This document shows, in pieces, positions 9,418 through 19,712 of a DNA stretch of 32,000 bases (its first letter is position 1; each line of letters begins with the position of its first letter). The position numbers and the translations under genes are program-made. Below the pieces are notes generated by a model that did not search any database, was not told the origin of the DNA, and saw nothing but the letters and a program-made list of their open reading frames with translations. Origin of the DNA: Candidatus Saccharimonadota bacterium (GTDB lineage Bacteria > Pseudomonadota > Gammaproteobacteria > Enterobacterales > Enterobacteriaceae); contig CP188087.1 of NCBI GenBank assembly GCA_049942775.1, forward strand, positions 330,001-362,000. The letters are read 5' to 3'.

Positions 9418-10450
9418 TTGAATACTTTATATAAAAAAAATTTTTTAAAATTATCTGATTACTCTATTTCTGAAATAAAAAAAATAATTAATCTTGCTTC
9501 CCTTTTAAAAAAAAAAAAAAAAAAAAAAAAAGAAAGAAAAAAAAAAAACACTTAAAAATAAGAAAATTGTTTTAATTTTTGAAAAGGAATCTACTAGAAC
9601 AAGATGTTCTTTTGAAGTTGCATCATTTGAACAAGGAGCAAATATCACATATTTAGGTCCCAAAGATACTCATTTAAACTATAAAGAATCAATAGAAGAC
9701 ACTACAGAAATATTAAGTAATTTATATGATCTAATTGTTTTTCGAGGAAATAGACATAAATCAATAGAAACTTTTGCAAAATTTTCAAAAGTACCGGTTC
9801 TAAATGCACTTACAAATAAGTTCCATCCTACTCAACTATTAGCAGATCTACTTACAATTCAAGAAAATTTACCTACAAATAAAAAAATAGAAGAAATAAC
9901 TTGCGCATATGTTGGAGATGCAAAAAACAATACCAGCAATTCTTTAATTGAAGCTTCAAATTTAATGGGGTTTAATTTAAGAATTATAGCTCCAAAAAAA
10001 TACTGGCCTGAACTTTCTTCTTTAAATAACACTAAAAAAAATGATAATTTTAACAAAAAAATAACATGTACTGAAAATATAGAAAAAGGAATTAATCAAG
10101 TAGATTTTATCTATACAGATGTTTGGGTTTCTATGAATGAAAAATCGAAAATATGGGAAGAAAAAATATTACTATTAAAAAAATATCAAATAAATAATTC
10201 TATGTTAGAATTAACAAAAAATCCAAAAACAAAAATTCTCCATTGTCTACCTGCCTTACACGACTTGAAAACAACGTTAGGAAAAAAAATTATAAAAAAA
10301 TTTGGATTAAAAAATGGAATTGAAATTACTGATGAAGTTTTTCAAAAAAACAAAAAAATTATTCTTGAACAATCTATAAATAAATTATACACAATAAAGT
10401 CAATATTAATGTTTACTTTAAACAAAAAAGAAATAAACTTTGATTTCTAA
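9418..10450 (+). pseudogene. argI: Ornithine carbamoyltransferase, reading frame broken inside a poly(A) tract; otherwise intact and possibly expressed via slippage
   Basis: SD AAGGAG (9404-9409) precedes a TTG at 9418. Frame 1 reads [38 protein letters not shown]... and stops at 9553-9555. The rest of the protein ([24 protein letters not shown]...HPTQLLADL...DVWVSM...HCLPALHD...) runs in the next frame from 9509 to 10450 with no further stops. The frames switch within A25 (9507-9531) or A12 (9537-9548). One fewer A restores a full-length OTCase of about 343 aa. Confidence 0.85.
9507..9531 (+). repeat. 25-nt poly(A) homopolymer inside argI, followed by A12 at 9537-9548
   Basis: Direct count from the sequence: a9507-a9531, then g aaa g, then a9537-a9548. 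Confidence 0.95.
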
Positions 10451-10473
10451 TCCTGAAAAAATAAAAAAATACT

Positions 10474-10860
10474 ATGAAACATAAAAATAAAAAAAAAATT
10501 CCTTGTCCAATAGGACCTTATTCACAATCAATGTTAATTGAAAAATTTTTATTAATATCTGGTCAAATTGCAAATGAAATTGATACAAAAAAAATTCCAG
10601 AAGACATAGAACAACAAACAGAAATAATACTAAAAAAAATTAAAATAATATTAAAACAGTCAAATTTTGAAGTAAAAAATATTATAAAAACAAGTATTTT
10701 TATGACTAATTTAGCTGAAATGAAAAAAGTCAATAAAATTTATGAATCTTTTTTTACTAAAAATTTTATTACTAATTTTCCTACTAGATCTTGCGTAGAA
10801 GTTTCTTCACTTCCAAAAAACTCAAAAATAGAAATTGAAACTATGGCTTACAAAAAATAA
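10474..10860 (+). CDS. ridA: RidA/YjgF-family enamine/imine deaminase
   Basis: 128 aa, the same length as E. coli RidA. Matching segments: PIGPYSQS / AIGPYVQG, SGQI, and FPTRSCVEVSSLPKNSKIEIETMAY / FPARSCVEVARLPKDVKIEIEAIAV. Confidence 0.9.
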   Translation: MKHKNKKKIPCPIGPYSQSMLIEKFLLISGQIANEIDTKKIPEDIEQQTEIILKKIKIILKQSNFEVKNIIKTSIFMTNLAEMKKVNKIYESFFTKNFITNFPTRSCVEVSSLPKNSKIEIETMAYKK

Positions 10861-10867
10861 AAAATCA

Positions 10868-10890
10868 GTGGTAGAAATATTCTCTACCAC
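10868..10890. terminator. GC-containing hairpin between convergent ridA and deaD; intrinsic terminator, best for deaD
   Basis: gtggtaga (10868-10875) pairs perfectly with tctaccac (10883-10890) across a 7-nt loop. On the minus strand the hairpin is followed by ctgattttttatttttt (U-rich). On the plus strand the 3' flank is less T-rich. Confidence 0.6.
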
Positions 10891-10985
10891 ATTAAATAAT
10901 ATAAATTGCAATGAAACAAAAATAGTATTCTTCTTTTTTTTTATTTAAAATACACAATTTAATTAAAAGAAATTTTTTTTTCTTT

Positions 10986-12848
10986 TTAATAAGAACGTAT
11001 TTTATTTTTGTTTTTTACTGCAATCGTTTTTTTAGAATTAACAAATTGTTTGGTTGTAACTGAAAGTCTACTATTAGTATCAGATTTTTTTCTAGAACAA
11101 AACTGATTAATCTTTGGTTTATATTTAAAATTATTTGTAATATTATTATATTTATTTCGAAATTTCACATTGCTTAATAATTTTAAATTCATTAATTTAT
11201 TCAATATTCTAGTGTTAGAAAACAATTTTAAAAAATTTTTAGATAAAGATGCTGGTAATTCAATAGTAGAAAATGAAGAAAAAATTTTTATATTTCCTAT
11301 TTTTCGACTATTTATATTTCCTTCATTAGCAATTGCTCCGACAATATGACGAACTTCCACTCCATCATTTCTACCTACTTCTAATCTATAAAGATTGATA
11401 TTATTGTTATAAATATCTTTTTTTTCTTTTCTAAACTTAGTAAAACCAATAGAACTTCCTAGTTTATTCCTTAAAAATACTTTTCTATTTGATTTATTTG
11501 AAAATCTTTTAAGAAAAACGTCAGGTTTTAATATTAATAATCTTTCTCCCTGAGCCATTTTTAATAAGGCAGCTGCCAACTTTTCGATGCTTAAATCTTT
11601 TTCAGGTTTTATTTTTTCTAATAAACTGCTATATTCTTCTAAATCCTTACTTTTTAATTGTATTTTAACTTGTTCAGAAAATTTTTTTAAACGACAAGAA
11701 GTTAATAATTCTACATTTGGTAATTGTACTTCTGTAATATTTAATTTGACAATTCTTTCAATATTACGTAATAAACGACGTTCTCTATGTTCAACAAACA
11801 ATAAAGCTCTACCCTTTCTTCCTGCTCTTCCAGTTCGTCCAATTCTATGTACATATGATTCAGCATCCATTGGTATATCATAATTAATAACAAAACTTAT
11901 TCTATCTACATCTAGTCCTCTTGCTGCTACATCGGTTGCAATTAAGATGTCCAACCTTCCATTTTTTAAACGATCTAAAGTTTGTTCTCTTAATGTCTGA
12001 TTCATATCCCCATTTAAAGCAGCGCTATTATATCCATTTTTTTCTAAAGCTTCAGAAACTTCTAAAGTAGCACTTTTTGTTCTTACAAAAATAATAACTG
12101 CTGAAAAATCTTCTACTTCTAAAAATCTAATTAATCCGTCTGTTTTTTTTCCGTATACAATCCAATAACTTTGTTTAATATCAGGTCTAGTTGTAATATT
12201 CGATTGTATTTTTATTTCTTTAGGATTTTTCATAAATCTTCTAGAAATACGACGAATTACTTCTGGCATAGTTGCAGAAAAAAGTGCTGTTTGATGATCT
12301 TTTGGTATATTAGACATAATTAATTCTACATCTTCAATAAAACCCATTCGTAACATTTCATCAGCTTCGTCTAAGACTAGTCCTTGTAATTTAGATAAGT
12401 TTAGTGTACCTCTTTTTAAATGATCCAATAATCTACCTGGTGTTCCTACAACAATTTGAGAACCATTCCTTAAAGATTTTAGTTGTACTTCATATCTTTG
12501 ACCTCCATATAAGGCAGTAACATTAATACCACTCATATATTTTGAAAATACCGAAAATGATTCCGCAACTTGTATAGCTAATTCTCTTGTAGGAGTTAAA
12601 ACTAAAATTTGAGGAAACTTTAAAGATAAATTAATATTTTGTAATAATGGTAAAGAAAATGCTGCTGTTTTTCCGCTACCAGTTTGTGCCATTCCTAATA
12701 CATCTTTTCCTTCTAGAAGATAAGGTATGCAAGCATGTTGAATTGGAGAAGGTTTTAAATATCCAATTTCATTTAATACTTTCATAATTGAAGATTTAAA
12801 ATTAAAAACAGAAAACGTAATTTTTTCAGTACGAGTCATGTAGTACAT
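10986..12848 (-). CDS. deaD: DEAD-box ATP-dependent RNA helicase DeaD/CsdA
   Basis: 620 aa. Motifs: [18 protein letters not shown] (motif I), [13 protein letters not shown] (DEAD), SAT, and [15 protein letters not shown]. There is long near-identity to E. coli DeaD, including [33 protein letters not shown] lies 5 nt upstream of the ATG at 12848. Confidence 0.95.
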   Translation of the reverse strand: MYYMTRTEKITFSVFNFKSSIMKVLNEIGYLKPSPIQHACIPYLLEGKDVLGMAQTGSGKTAAFSLPLLQNINLSLKFPQILVLTPTRELAIQVAESFSVFSKYMSGINVTALYGGQRYEVQLKSLRNGSQIVVGTPGRLLDHLKRGTLNLSKLQGLVLDEADEMLRMGFIEDVELIMSNIPKDHQTALFSATMPEVIRRISRRFMKNPKEIKIQSNITTRPDIKQSYWIVYGKKTDGLIRFLEVEDFSAVIIFVRTKSATLEVSEALEKNGYNSAALNGDMNQTLREQTLDRLKNGRLDILIATDVAARGLDVDRISFVINYDIPMDAESYVHRIGRTGRAGRKGRALLFVEHRERRLLRNIERIVKLNITEVQLPNVELLTSCRLKKFSEQVKIQLKSKDLEEYSSLLEKIKPEKDLSIEKLAAALLKMAQGERLLILKPDVFLKRFSNKSNRKVFLRNKLGSSIGFTKFRKEKKDIYNNNINLYRLEVGRNDGVEVRHIVGAIANEGNINSRKIGNIKIFSSFSTIELPASLSKNFLKLFSNTRILNKLMNLKLLSNVKFRNKYNNITNNFKYKPKINQFCSRKKSDTNSRLSVTTKQFVNSKKTIAVKNKNKIRSY

Positions 12849-13205
12849 GTGCCTCTTAAGTTAATTCAGGCCAGTATACATAATTTATTATAAAAATATT
12901 TTTTTTATTCTCATGAGAAAATGTCAACTGGCTCAAATTTAAAAAATGAAAAAATAAAAAATCTATTTTAGAAAATATTTATAAAATATTATTTTTTTAA
13001 AAATAATAAAAAAATATAAAATTTATTATTTAAAATAATCTACGTATTAATTTAAATGTTTTGATTTAAATAAAACATATAAAAATTTTGTTATAAATAT
13101 AAAATGTTTTTATTTCAAAAAAGATTTTTCACGAAATATAAAATACATATGTAAAAAAACGTTGATTTAAAATTTAATATTAAAAAAAATATTTTTTTTA
13201 AAAAA

Positions 13206-15296
13206 TTATTTTTTTATTGTTTCTTTCATACTTAATCGTAATCGACCCTGTCTATCTATTTCTAAAACTTTTACAGATATTTTTTGATTAACTTTAAGAT
13301 AATCAGAAATTTTTCCTATTCTATTTTTTGAAATTTGAGATATATGTACTAATCCTTCCCTACCTATTCCAATAGAGACAAAAACTCCAAAATCAACAAT
13401 TCTTGTAACTGTTCCTAAATAAATAGTACCGACTTCAATTTCTGCTGTAATTTCTTTTATTCTTTTAATAGCATGTTTTGCTTTTTTTTCTATTATAGAT
13501 GATATTTTTACTGTTCCATCATCTGAAATTTCAATAGTAGTACCAGTTTCTTCAGTTAACATGCGAATAACAGAACCACCTTTTCCTATTAAGTCTTTTA
13601 TTTTTTCTGGATTAATTTTTAAGGTATAAATTCTAGGAGCAAAAATTGAAATATCTAATTTTGGTCGTTTAATTACTTTTTCCATAATATCTAATACATG
13701 TAAACGAGCAACTTTAGCTTGTAATAACGATGATTTAATTATTTTATCGTTTATTCCTTCAATTTTCATGTCCATTTGAAGAGAAGTTATACCATCTCTT
13801 CCACCAGCAACTTTAAAATCCATATCTCCAAAATGGTCTTCATCTCCTATAATATCAGAAAGTATTACAAATTTATCTCCCTCTTTTATTAACCCCATTG
13901 CTATTCCTGCTACTGAAGACCTAATAGGAACCCCTGCATCCATTAACGCTAAAGAAGCACCACACACTGAAGCCATTGAAGAAGAACCATTTGATTCAGT
14001 AATTTCAGAAACTATCCTTATAGTATATGGAAACTCTTCTATCTTTGGCATAACTGCAGATAAACTTTTTTTTGCAAGTTTTCCATGTCCTATTTCTCTT
14101 CTTTTTGGAGAACCTATAACTCCTATTTCACCTACAGCATAGGATGGAAAATTGTAATGAAAAAGAAAGTTTTCCGTCTTATCTCCACCGAGAAGTTCAT
14201 CCAAATTTTGAGCATCTCTAGCTGTTCCTAAAGTTGTAGTCACTAATGATTGTGTCTCTCCTCGAGTAAATAGAGCAGATCCATGAGTTCTAGGTAAAAT
14301 ACCAATTTTTACATCTAACTTCCTTATTTCATTAAATTTTCTTCCATCTATCCTTTTACCTTTATTTAAAATCCCATATCTAACTATATTTTTTTCTAAT
14401 TCTTTAAATATATTTTCTATTTCTAACTCATTATTTATAACGTTCTCGTTACATAACATTTCAATTAATTCTGATTTAATAATATTCAATTTATCATATC
14501 TATTTTTTTTTTCTATAATTTTATATGCATCACTAATTCTTTCTTCAACTAAAGTTGAAATTTTTAAATACAAAGAAGAATCTGTTTGAAAATTTTGTAT
14601 ATTCCATTTTTTTTTTCCTTTTTTATCAGATAATAGACAAATATTTTCAATCGCAATTTGTTGATATTTATGACCAAATAAAATAGCATTTAATATTTCT
14701 TCTTCACTCAACATATTTGATTCTGCTTCTACCATTAATATAGCATTTTTAGTTCCTGATACTACTAAATCCAATTCACTATTTTTTATTTCTTCTATAG
14801 TAGGATTCAAAACATATTTTTTATTTATATATGCTACCCTAGCAGCTGCTATTGGACCTAAAAATGGTATTCCAGAAACACTTAAAGCTGCTGAAGCTCC
14901 AATAATTGCTACAATATCTGGATTAACTTTAGGATTAACTGAAACGACAGTAGCTATAATTTGTACATTATTTAAAAAACCTTTTGGAAACAAAGGACGA
15001 ATAGGACGATCAATAAGTCTAGCAATTAATATTTCGTTTTCACTTGGTCTACCTTCCCTCCTAAAAAAACCACCTGGTATTTTCCCAGCTGCATATGTTC
15101 TTTCCTGATAACAAATAGTTAATGGTAAATAATTAGTTTTATTTTGTTGTTTTTTTTCCTCAACTACAGTCACTAAAACAGATGTATCATCCATGTTAAT
15201 CATGACAGAAGCAGTTGCCTGTCTAGCTAAAATACCAGTTTCTATAGAAACGGTATGTTTTCCATATTTAAATTTACGTACAATCGGATTAAACAA
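13206..15296 (-). CDS. pnp: Polynucleotide phosphorylase (PNPase)
   Basis: 696 aa. [21 protein letters not shown] matches E. coli [21 protein letters not shown]. KH and S1 domains are present at the C-terminus. The initiation codon is TTG (15294-15296 reads caa on the plus strand), preceded by AAGGA. E. coli pnp also starts with UUG. Confidence 0.95.
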   Translation of the reverse strand: MFNPIVRKFKYGKHTVSIETGILARQATASVMINMDDTSVLVTVVEEKKQQNKTNYLPLTICYQERTYAAGKIPGGFFRREGRPSENEILIARLIDRPIRPLFPKGFLNNVQIIATVVSVNPKVNPDIVAIIGASAALSVSGIPFLGPIAAARVAYINKKYVLNPTIEEIKNSELDLVVSGTKNAILMVEAESNMLSEEEILNAILFGHKYQQIAIENICLLSDKKGKKKWNIQNFQTDSSLYLKISTLVEERISDAYKIIEKKNRYDKLNIIKSELIEMLCNENVINNELEIENIFKELEKNIVRYGILNKGKRIDGRKFNEIRKLDVKIGILPRTHGSALFTRGETQSLVTTTLGTARDAQNLDELLGGDKTENFLFHYNFPSYAVGEIGVIGSPKRREIGHGKLAKKSLSAVMPKIEEFPYTIRIVSEITESNGSSSMASVCGASLALMDAGVPIRSSVAGIAMGLIKEGDKFVILSDIIGDEDHFGDMDFKVAGGRDGITSLQMDMKIEGINDKIIKSSLLQAKVARLHVLDIMEKVIKRPKLDISIFAPRIYTLKINPEKIKDLIGKGGSVIRMLTEETGTTIEISDDGTVKISSIIEKKAKHAIKRIKEITAEIEVGTIYLGTVTRIVDFGVFVSIGIGREGLVHISQISKNRIGKISDYLKVNQKISVKVLEIDRQGRLRLSMKETIKK

Positions 15297-15419
15297 AATA
15301 ACGTCCTTAAGATAAAGCGAATTTCTTAATTAAATAAAAAACAGTTTTTTTTAAAATACATAAAAATGATTTTCTGAAAATATTTGAAAAAACTACTATA
15401 AAACTAAAAAAACATACAT

Positions 15420-15689
15420 CTATCGTCTTAATCCTAAATTTTCAATTAAAAAAACATATTTAGAAATATATTTGATTTTCAAGTAATTTAATAATTTACG
15501 ACGATGAGAAACCATCTTCAACAATCCTCGTCGACTACCATGATCTTTTTTATGATAATTGAAATGTTTTTGTAAATAATTGATTTTATTAGTTAATAAA
15601 GCTATTTGCACTGATGTATTACCAGTATCAAACTCATTTTTTCCAAATTTTTTTATAATTTTTTTTTTTGTATTTAAATCGTAACTCAT
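15420..15689 (-). CDS. rpsO: 30S ribosomal protein S15
   Basis: 89 aa, co-linear with E. coli S15 ([26 protein letters not shown]...LGLRR). Confidence 0.97.
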   Translation of the reverse strand: MSYDLNTKKKIIKKFGKNEFDTGNTSVQIALLTNKINYLQKHFNYHKKDHGSRRGLLKMVSHRRKLLNYLKIKYISKYVFLIENLGLRR

Positions 15690-15734
15690 TAAATCCCTCT
15701 TTTATATTTACTTAAAATATTAATATGTTATTTA

Positions 15735-16667
15735 TTAAAATTTAGAAACTAATCTTTTTGGAATAAGATAGTTGTCTTTCTGAATTTCTCCAATTCCAAG
15801 AAATTTATTATTGCTTTTTTTAAAAACTTTCACTAGTTTGTTTTGTTGTTTATTTTTAACAAAAATATTAATTTTTTTACCACAGCTAAAAAAATAAGAA
15901 TAATGATTATTTAATTTGAATGCAGGAAAATTAGGTAATAAACTTTCTGTGGGATAAATTATTTTTTTTAAAAAAAGCGAAAAATTATTTTTATAAAAAT
16001 AATTTTTAATTTTATTTACTGTGTTTAAGTTTACTAATTGATTTTCCAAATAAAAAGAAACTTCCAATCGACGCAAGTAAATTACGTGAGCACCACATCC
16101 AATTAATTTCCCTAAATCATTTATAAGAGTTCGAATGTATGTTCCTTTAGAACATAAGATATTTAATTTTAAATAATTATTATTATGAATAATGTAGTCT
16201 AACTCATAGATTGTAATTTTTCTAGTCTCTCGAAATATTGTAATTCCTTGACGAGCATATTTGTATAAAGGAATTCCTTTGTATTTTAAAGCAGAATACA
16301 TAGGAGGAATTTGTTCAATTTTACCTATAAACTTTTTTAAACACTTGTTTAAAAAAGTTTTATTAATATTTGTAACTGAAATTTTTTTTGTAATTTCTCC
16401 TAATGAATCAAAAGTTGTAGTTTGAACACCTAATTTAGCTATTACTAAATAACGTTTTTTTGAATTAGACAAATATTTTAAAAACTTTGTAGATTCACCA
16501 AAACATATAGGAAGCATGCCTGTTGCTAATGGATCTAATGTTCCGATATAACCAGCTTTTTTAATTTTTAATATTTTTTTCACGTATTGCAAAATAGTAT
16601 TAGAAGAATATAATTTTGGTTTATCCAATAACAATACTCCATTTTTAACTATTTTAGATAAATTCAT
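15735..16667 (-). CDS. truB: tRNA pseudouridine(55) synthase TruB
   Basis: 310 aa. It has the catalytic-Asp motif GYIGTLDPLATGMLPICFGESTKF and PPMYSALKYKGIPLYKYAR. Its position between rbfA and rpsO matches E. coli. Confidence 0.93.
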   Translation of the reverse strand: MNLSKIVKNGVLLLDKPKLYSSNTILQYVKKILKIKKAGYIGTLDPLATGMLPICFGESTKFLKYLSNSKKRYLVIAKLGVQTTTFDSLGEITKKISVTNINKTFLNKCLKKFIGKIEQIPPMYSALKYKGIPLYKYARQGITIFRETRKITIYELDYIIHNNNYLKLNILCSKGTYIRTLINDLGKLIGCGAHVIYLRRLEVSFYLENQLVNLNTVNKIKNYFYKNNFSLFLKKIIYPTESLLPNFPAFKLNNHYSYFFSCGKKINIFVKNKQQNKLVKVFKKSNNKFLGIGEIQKDNYLIPKRLVSKF

Positions 16668-16694
16668 ATAACAATAAAATCCTATTTTTTTAAT

Positions 16695-17051
16695 TTATTT
16701 ATTATTAATAACTTGATTTATTATTTTAGAAATTTTTATTCCTTCAACAAACGAGCAATCATGTACAAATTTTATCTTTGGTACTACACGTAATAATAAA
16801 TTTTTTACTAATTTTTTTTTAATGTAACTAGAAGCATTCTGTAATATTTTAATTATTTCTGTTTTTTTTGATTCATCTAAAATAGTAAAAAATACTTTAG
16901 CAAAGGAAAAATCTTTATTGATTAAAACTTCTACAACATTGATATTTAATTTATTTATTCTAGAATCATTACAATATATTTGTAAAATTTTAGATACTTC
17001 TCTTCTTATCTCCTCTGATAATTGCATATTTCTATATGGTTTTTTTTTCAA
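16695..17051 (-). CDS. rbfA: Ribosome-binding factor A
   Basis: 118 aa, aligning end-to-end with E. coli RbfA (RNMQLSEEIRREVSKILQ versus RPQRVAQEMQKEIALILQ; SFVEGIKISKII versus SLVEGMRMSNLV). The start is TTG (17049-17051 reads caa on the plus strand) with AGGAAA upstream. An internal ATG (M9) is a less likely alternative. Confidence 0.88.
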   Translation of the reverse strand: MKKKPYRNMQLSEEIRREVSKILQIYCNDSRINKLNINVVEVLINKDFSFAKVFFTILDESKKTEIIKILQNASSYIKKKLVKNLLLRVVPKIKFVHDCSFVEGIKISKIINQVINNK

Positions 17052-17111
17052 TACTATTTCCTATTTAAAAAATTTTTTATTGTCAAATTTATTAAAAATA
17101 TAAATTTATTT

Positions 17112-19700
17112 TTAAGATTTAATCATTTCATATACTTCAATTGTATCTTTAATATTAACATCATGATAATTTTTAATTCTTATTCCACATTCCATATTAT
17201 TTCGTATTTCATTTATGTCTTCTTTAAATCTTCGCAACGATTCTAACTCTCCTGTATATATTACAATGTTGTTTCGTAATACTTTTACTAGAGAATTTTT
17301 TTTAATAATTCCATTTATGACCATACAACCAGCAATATTTCCATATTTAGGAGATTTAAAAATACTTCTAACTTCTGCTAATCCAATTATTTTCTGTTTA
17401 ATTTTAGGCGATAATTTTCCAATACAAGCAGATTTTACTTCATTAAGTAAATCGTAAATAACTGAATAATATCGTACATCTAATTTTTCTAAATTTATAA
17501 TTCGTTTAGCAGAAGAATCTGCACGAACATTAAATCCTAAAATGACTGAATTAGATGCAATTGATAATGAAGCGTCAGTTTCTGTAATTCCACCAACTCC
17601 GGAACTAATTATATTTAATTTTACATAATTTTTTTCGATATCATTTTCTTTTAATAAACTATCACTAATTGCTTCTAATGAACCTTTACAATCTGCTTTT
17701 AAAATAACATTTAGTTCTTTTGATCCTTCTTTATTTATGTTTTTGAACATATTTTCTAAATTTATTTCTTTATTTTTTTTAAATTTTTTAGAACGAATTT
17801 TATCTTTTCTTTTTATCGAAATTTCTTTAGCTATTTTTTCGTTTTTGACAACTGTTAATAAATCTCCTGAATTAGGAACACCTGATAAACCTAAAATTTC
17901 TACTGGAATGGAAGCACCTATAGAATTAACAAATTTTTTATTTTCATTTAAAATAGCTCTTATTCTTCCATATTCAAAACCACATACAACTACGTCTCCT
18001 TTTTTTAATTTCCCATTTTTTATTATTACCGTAGCTAAAGGACCTCTACCTTTATCTAAATAAGATTCAATAACAACTCCGGTTGCTATACCATCAGTAA
18101 ACGTATATAATTCTAACATTTCAGCTTGTAATGAAATTACACTTAGTAATTCGTTGATTCCTTTTCCTGTTTTTGCAGAAATTTTAACAAATATATTATC
18201 TCCACCCCAATCTTCTGACACTATTTCATAGTTGGATAATTGACTTTTTATTTCTTCAATGTTTATGCTAGCTTTATCAATTTTGTTAATTGCAACTATT
18301 ATTGGAACTTTAGCTAACTTTGCATGATTAATCGCTTCTATTGTTTGTGGTTTAACACCATCATCTGATGCTACAACTAATACTACAATATCAGTAATAT
18401 GAGCACCTCTTGCTCTCATAGCTGTAAAAGCTGCATGTCCTGGAGTATCTAAAAAAGTAATTGAATCATGGTTTTTATTAGTATTTACATGATATGCACC
18501 TATGTGTTGAGTAATACCACCTGATTCTCTTTTAACTATATTGGTTGATCGAATATAATCTAATAAAGTTGTTTTTCCATGATCTACATGTCCCATGATT
18601 GTTACTACTGGAGGTCTATTTTTTTTTAATTTATTAGAATTTAAACAATTTTTTAGTAATTCTTTTTCAAAATTATTTTTAGATTTAATAATAACTTTAT
18701 GACCCATTTCTTCAGCAATAAGCTGTAGAATTTCTGTATTTAAAAATTTTTCATTGCTAAAACATTTACCTAATTTAGCAATAACTTTAACTATTTCAGA
18801 AGCTTTTACTGCCATTTTTCTTGCTAATTCAGGAATAGTCATTCTATCTCTTATTGTCACATCTCTATTTACTTTAGAAATCGGTTTTTTAAATTTTTGT
18901 TGTAAAATAATAGACTTTTTTTTTTCAAATGTTCTATTTGTTTGATTAGTAATAGGAATAATTATTTTTTCTTTATTTTCTTGTTTTTTATTTTTAATAT
19001 TCAAAATATTTTTTTTATTAAAAATCTTTTTTTTTGAAATATTTAATGTAATACCTTTCTTTTTTTTCAGATGATCATTTTTTTTTAAAAATGACTTAGG
19101 ATTTATTTTTATATCTTTTAATTTCTTGTTAAAAGAATTTTGGTTCTTCTTATTTTCAATAGAACTTTCAAAAAACTTATTTTTTTTATTTTTTTCTATC
19201 ATTATGTCTTCTTTTTTACAATTATCGGTTGTAATTTTATTTTTCTTAAAAAAAGAATTATTTTTTTTAAAATCCTTTAACTTCAAAAAAAATCTTTCTT
19301 TAGATAATTTTTTTTGTACATTACTTTTTATGTTTATTTTTTCTTCTATTTTATTATTTTTTTTATTTCTTAAACAAGAACTAATTTTAGTATCTAATTT
19401 TTTTTGTAATTCACTTTTAAAATACAGTTTTTTTTTTCTTGTTTCTATTTTAATAATTTTTTTTTTTCCTGTTATACTAGAAACATTTATTATACTGCGA
19501 GTTTTTTTTTGCAAAGTAAAAGTTTCATCATTAAAAATTTTTTTTTTATTAATTAAATTTAAAAAATATGTCTTTTCTTGATTCGTGATAAAATCATCTT
19601 TTGTTTTTTTTATACCTAGTTTATTTAATTTTTTCACTATAATTTCAACAGGAATATTTATTTCATTTGCCAAAAATTTTAATTGAATTTTATCAACCAT
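17112..19700 (-). CDS. infB: Translation initiation factor IF-2
   Basis: 862 aa. G-domain motifs VTIMGHVDHGKTTLLDYIR, FLDTPGHAAF and NKID are present, and the C-terminal domains are conserved. The N-terminal domain I is recognisable and is followed by a K/N-rich low-complexity linker. Confidence 0.96.
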   Translation of the reverse strand: MVDKIQLKFLANEINIPVEIIVKKLNKLGIKKTKDDFITNQEKTYFLNLINKKKIFNDETFTLQKKTRSIINVSSITGKKKIIKIETRKKKLYFKSELQKKLDTKISSCLRNKKNNKIEEKINIKSNVQKKLSKERFFLKLKDFKKNNSFFKKNKITTDNCKKEDIMIEKNKKNKFFESSIENKKNQNSFNKKLKDIKINPKSFLKKNDHLKKKKGITLNISKKKIFNKKNILNIKNKKQENKEKIIIPITNQTNRTFEKKKSIILQQKFKKPISKVNRDVTIRDRMTIPELARKMAVKASEIVKVIAKLGKCFSNEKFLNTEILQLIAEEMGHKVIIKSKNNFEKELLKNCLNSNKLKKNRPPVVTIMGHVDHGKTTLLDYIRSTNIVKRESGGITQHIGAYHVNTNKNHDSITFLDTPGHAAFTAMRARGAHITDIVVLVVASDDGVKPQTIEAINHAKLAKVPIIVAINKIDKASINIEEIKSQLSNYEIVSEDWGGDNIFVKISAKTGKGINELLSVISLQAEMLELYTFTDGIATGVVIESYLDKGRGPLATVIIKNGKLKKGDVVVCGFEYGRIRAILNENKKFVNSIGASIPVEILGLSGVPNSGDLLTVVKNEKIAKEISIKRKDKIRSKKFKKNKEINLENMFKNINKEGSKELNVILKADCKGSLEAISDSLLKENDIEKNYVKLNIISSGVGGITETDASLSIASNSVILGFNVRADSSAKRIINLEKLDVRYYSVIYDLLNEVKSACIGKLSPKIKQKIIGLAEVRSIFKSPKYGNIAGCMVINGIIKKNSLVKVLRNNIVIYTGELESLRRFKEDINEIRNNMECGIRIKNYHDVNIKDTIEVYEMIKS

Positions 19701-19712
19701 ATTATTTCCTTA

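Noticed and set aside
12866-12936. Relatively GC-rich patches in the deaD 5' region (ggccagt … actggc) considered as a long-range leader structure or small RNA
   Set aside because: Only 6 bp of complementarity across a ~45-nt loop, which is too weak to call. The first patch overlaps the SD/start context of deaD (AAGAGG at about 12854-12859).
13181-13200. Perfect 20-nt palindrome taaaaaaaat/atttttttta just downstream of the pnp stop, considered as a terminator
   Set aside because: The stem is A:T only with no loop, so hairpin stability is negligible. A(n)T(n) palindromes are expected frequently at this composition.
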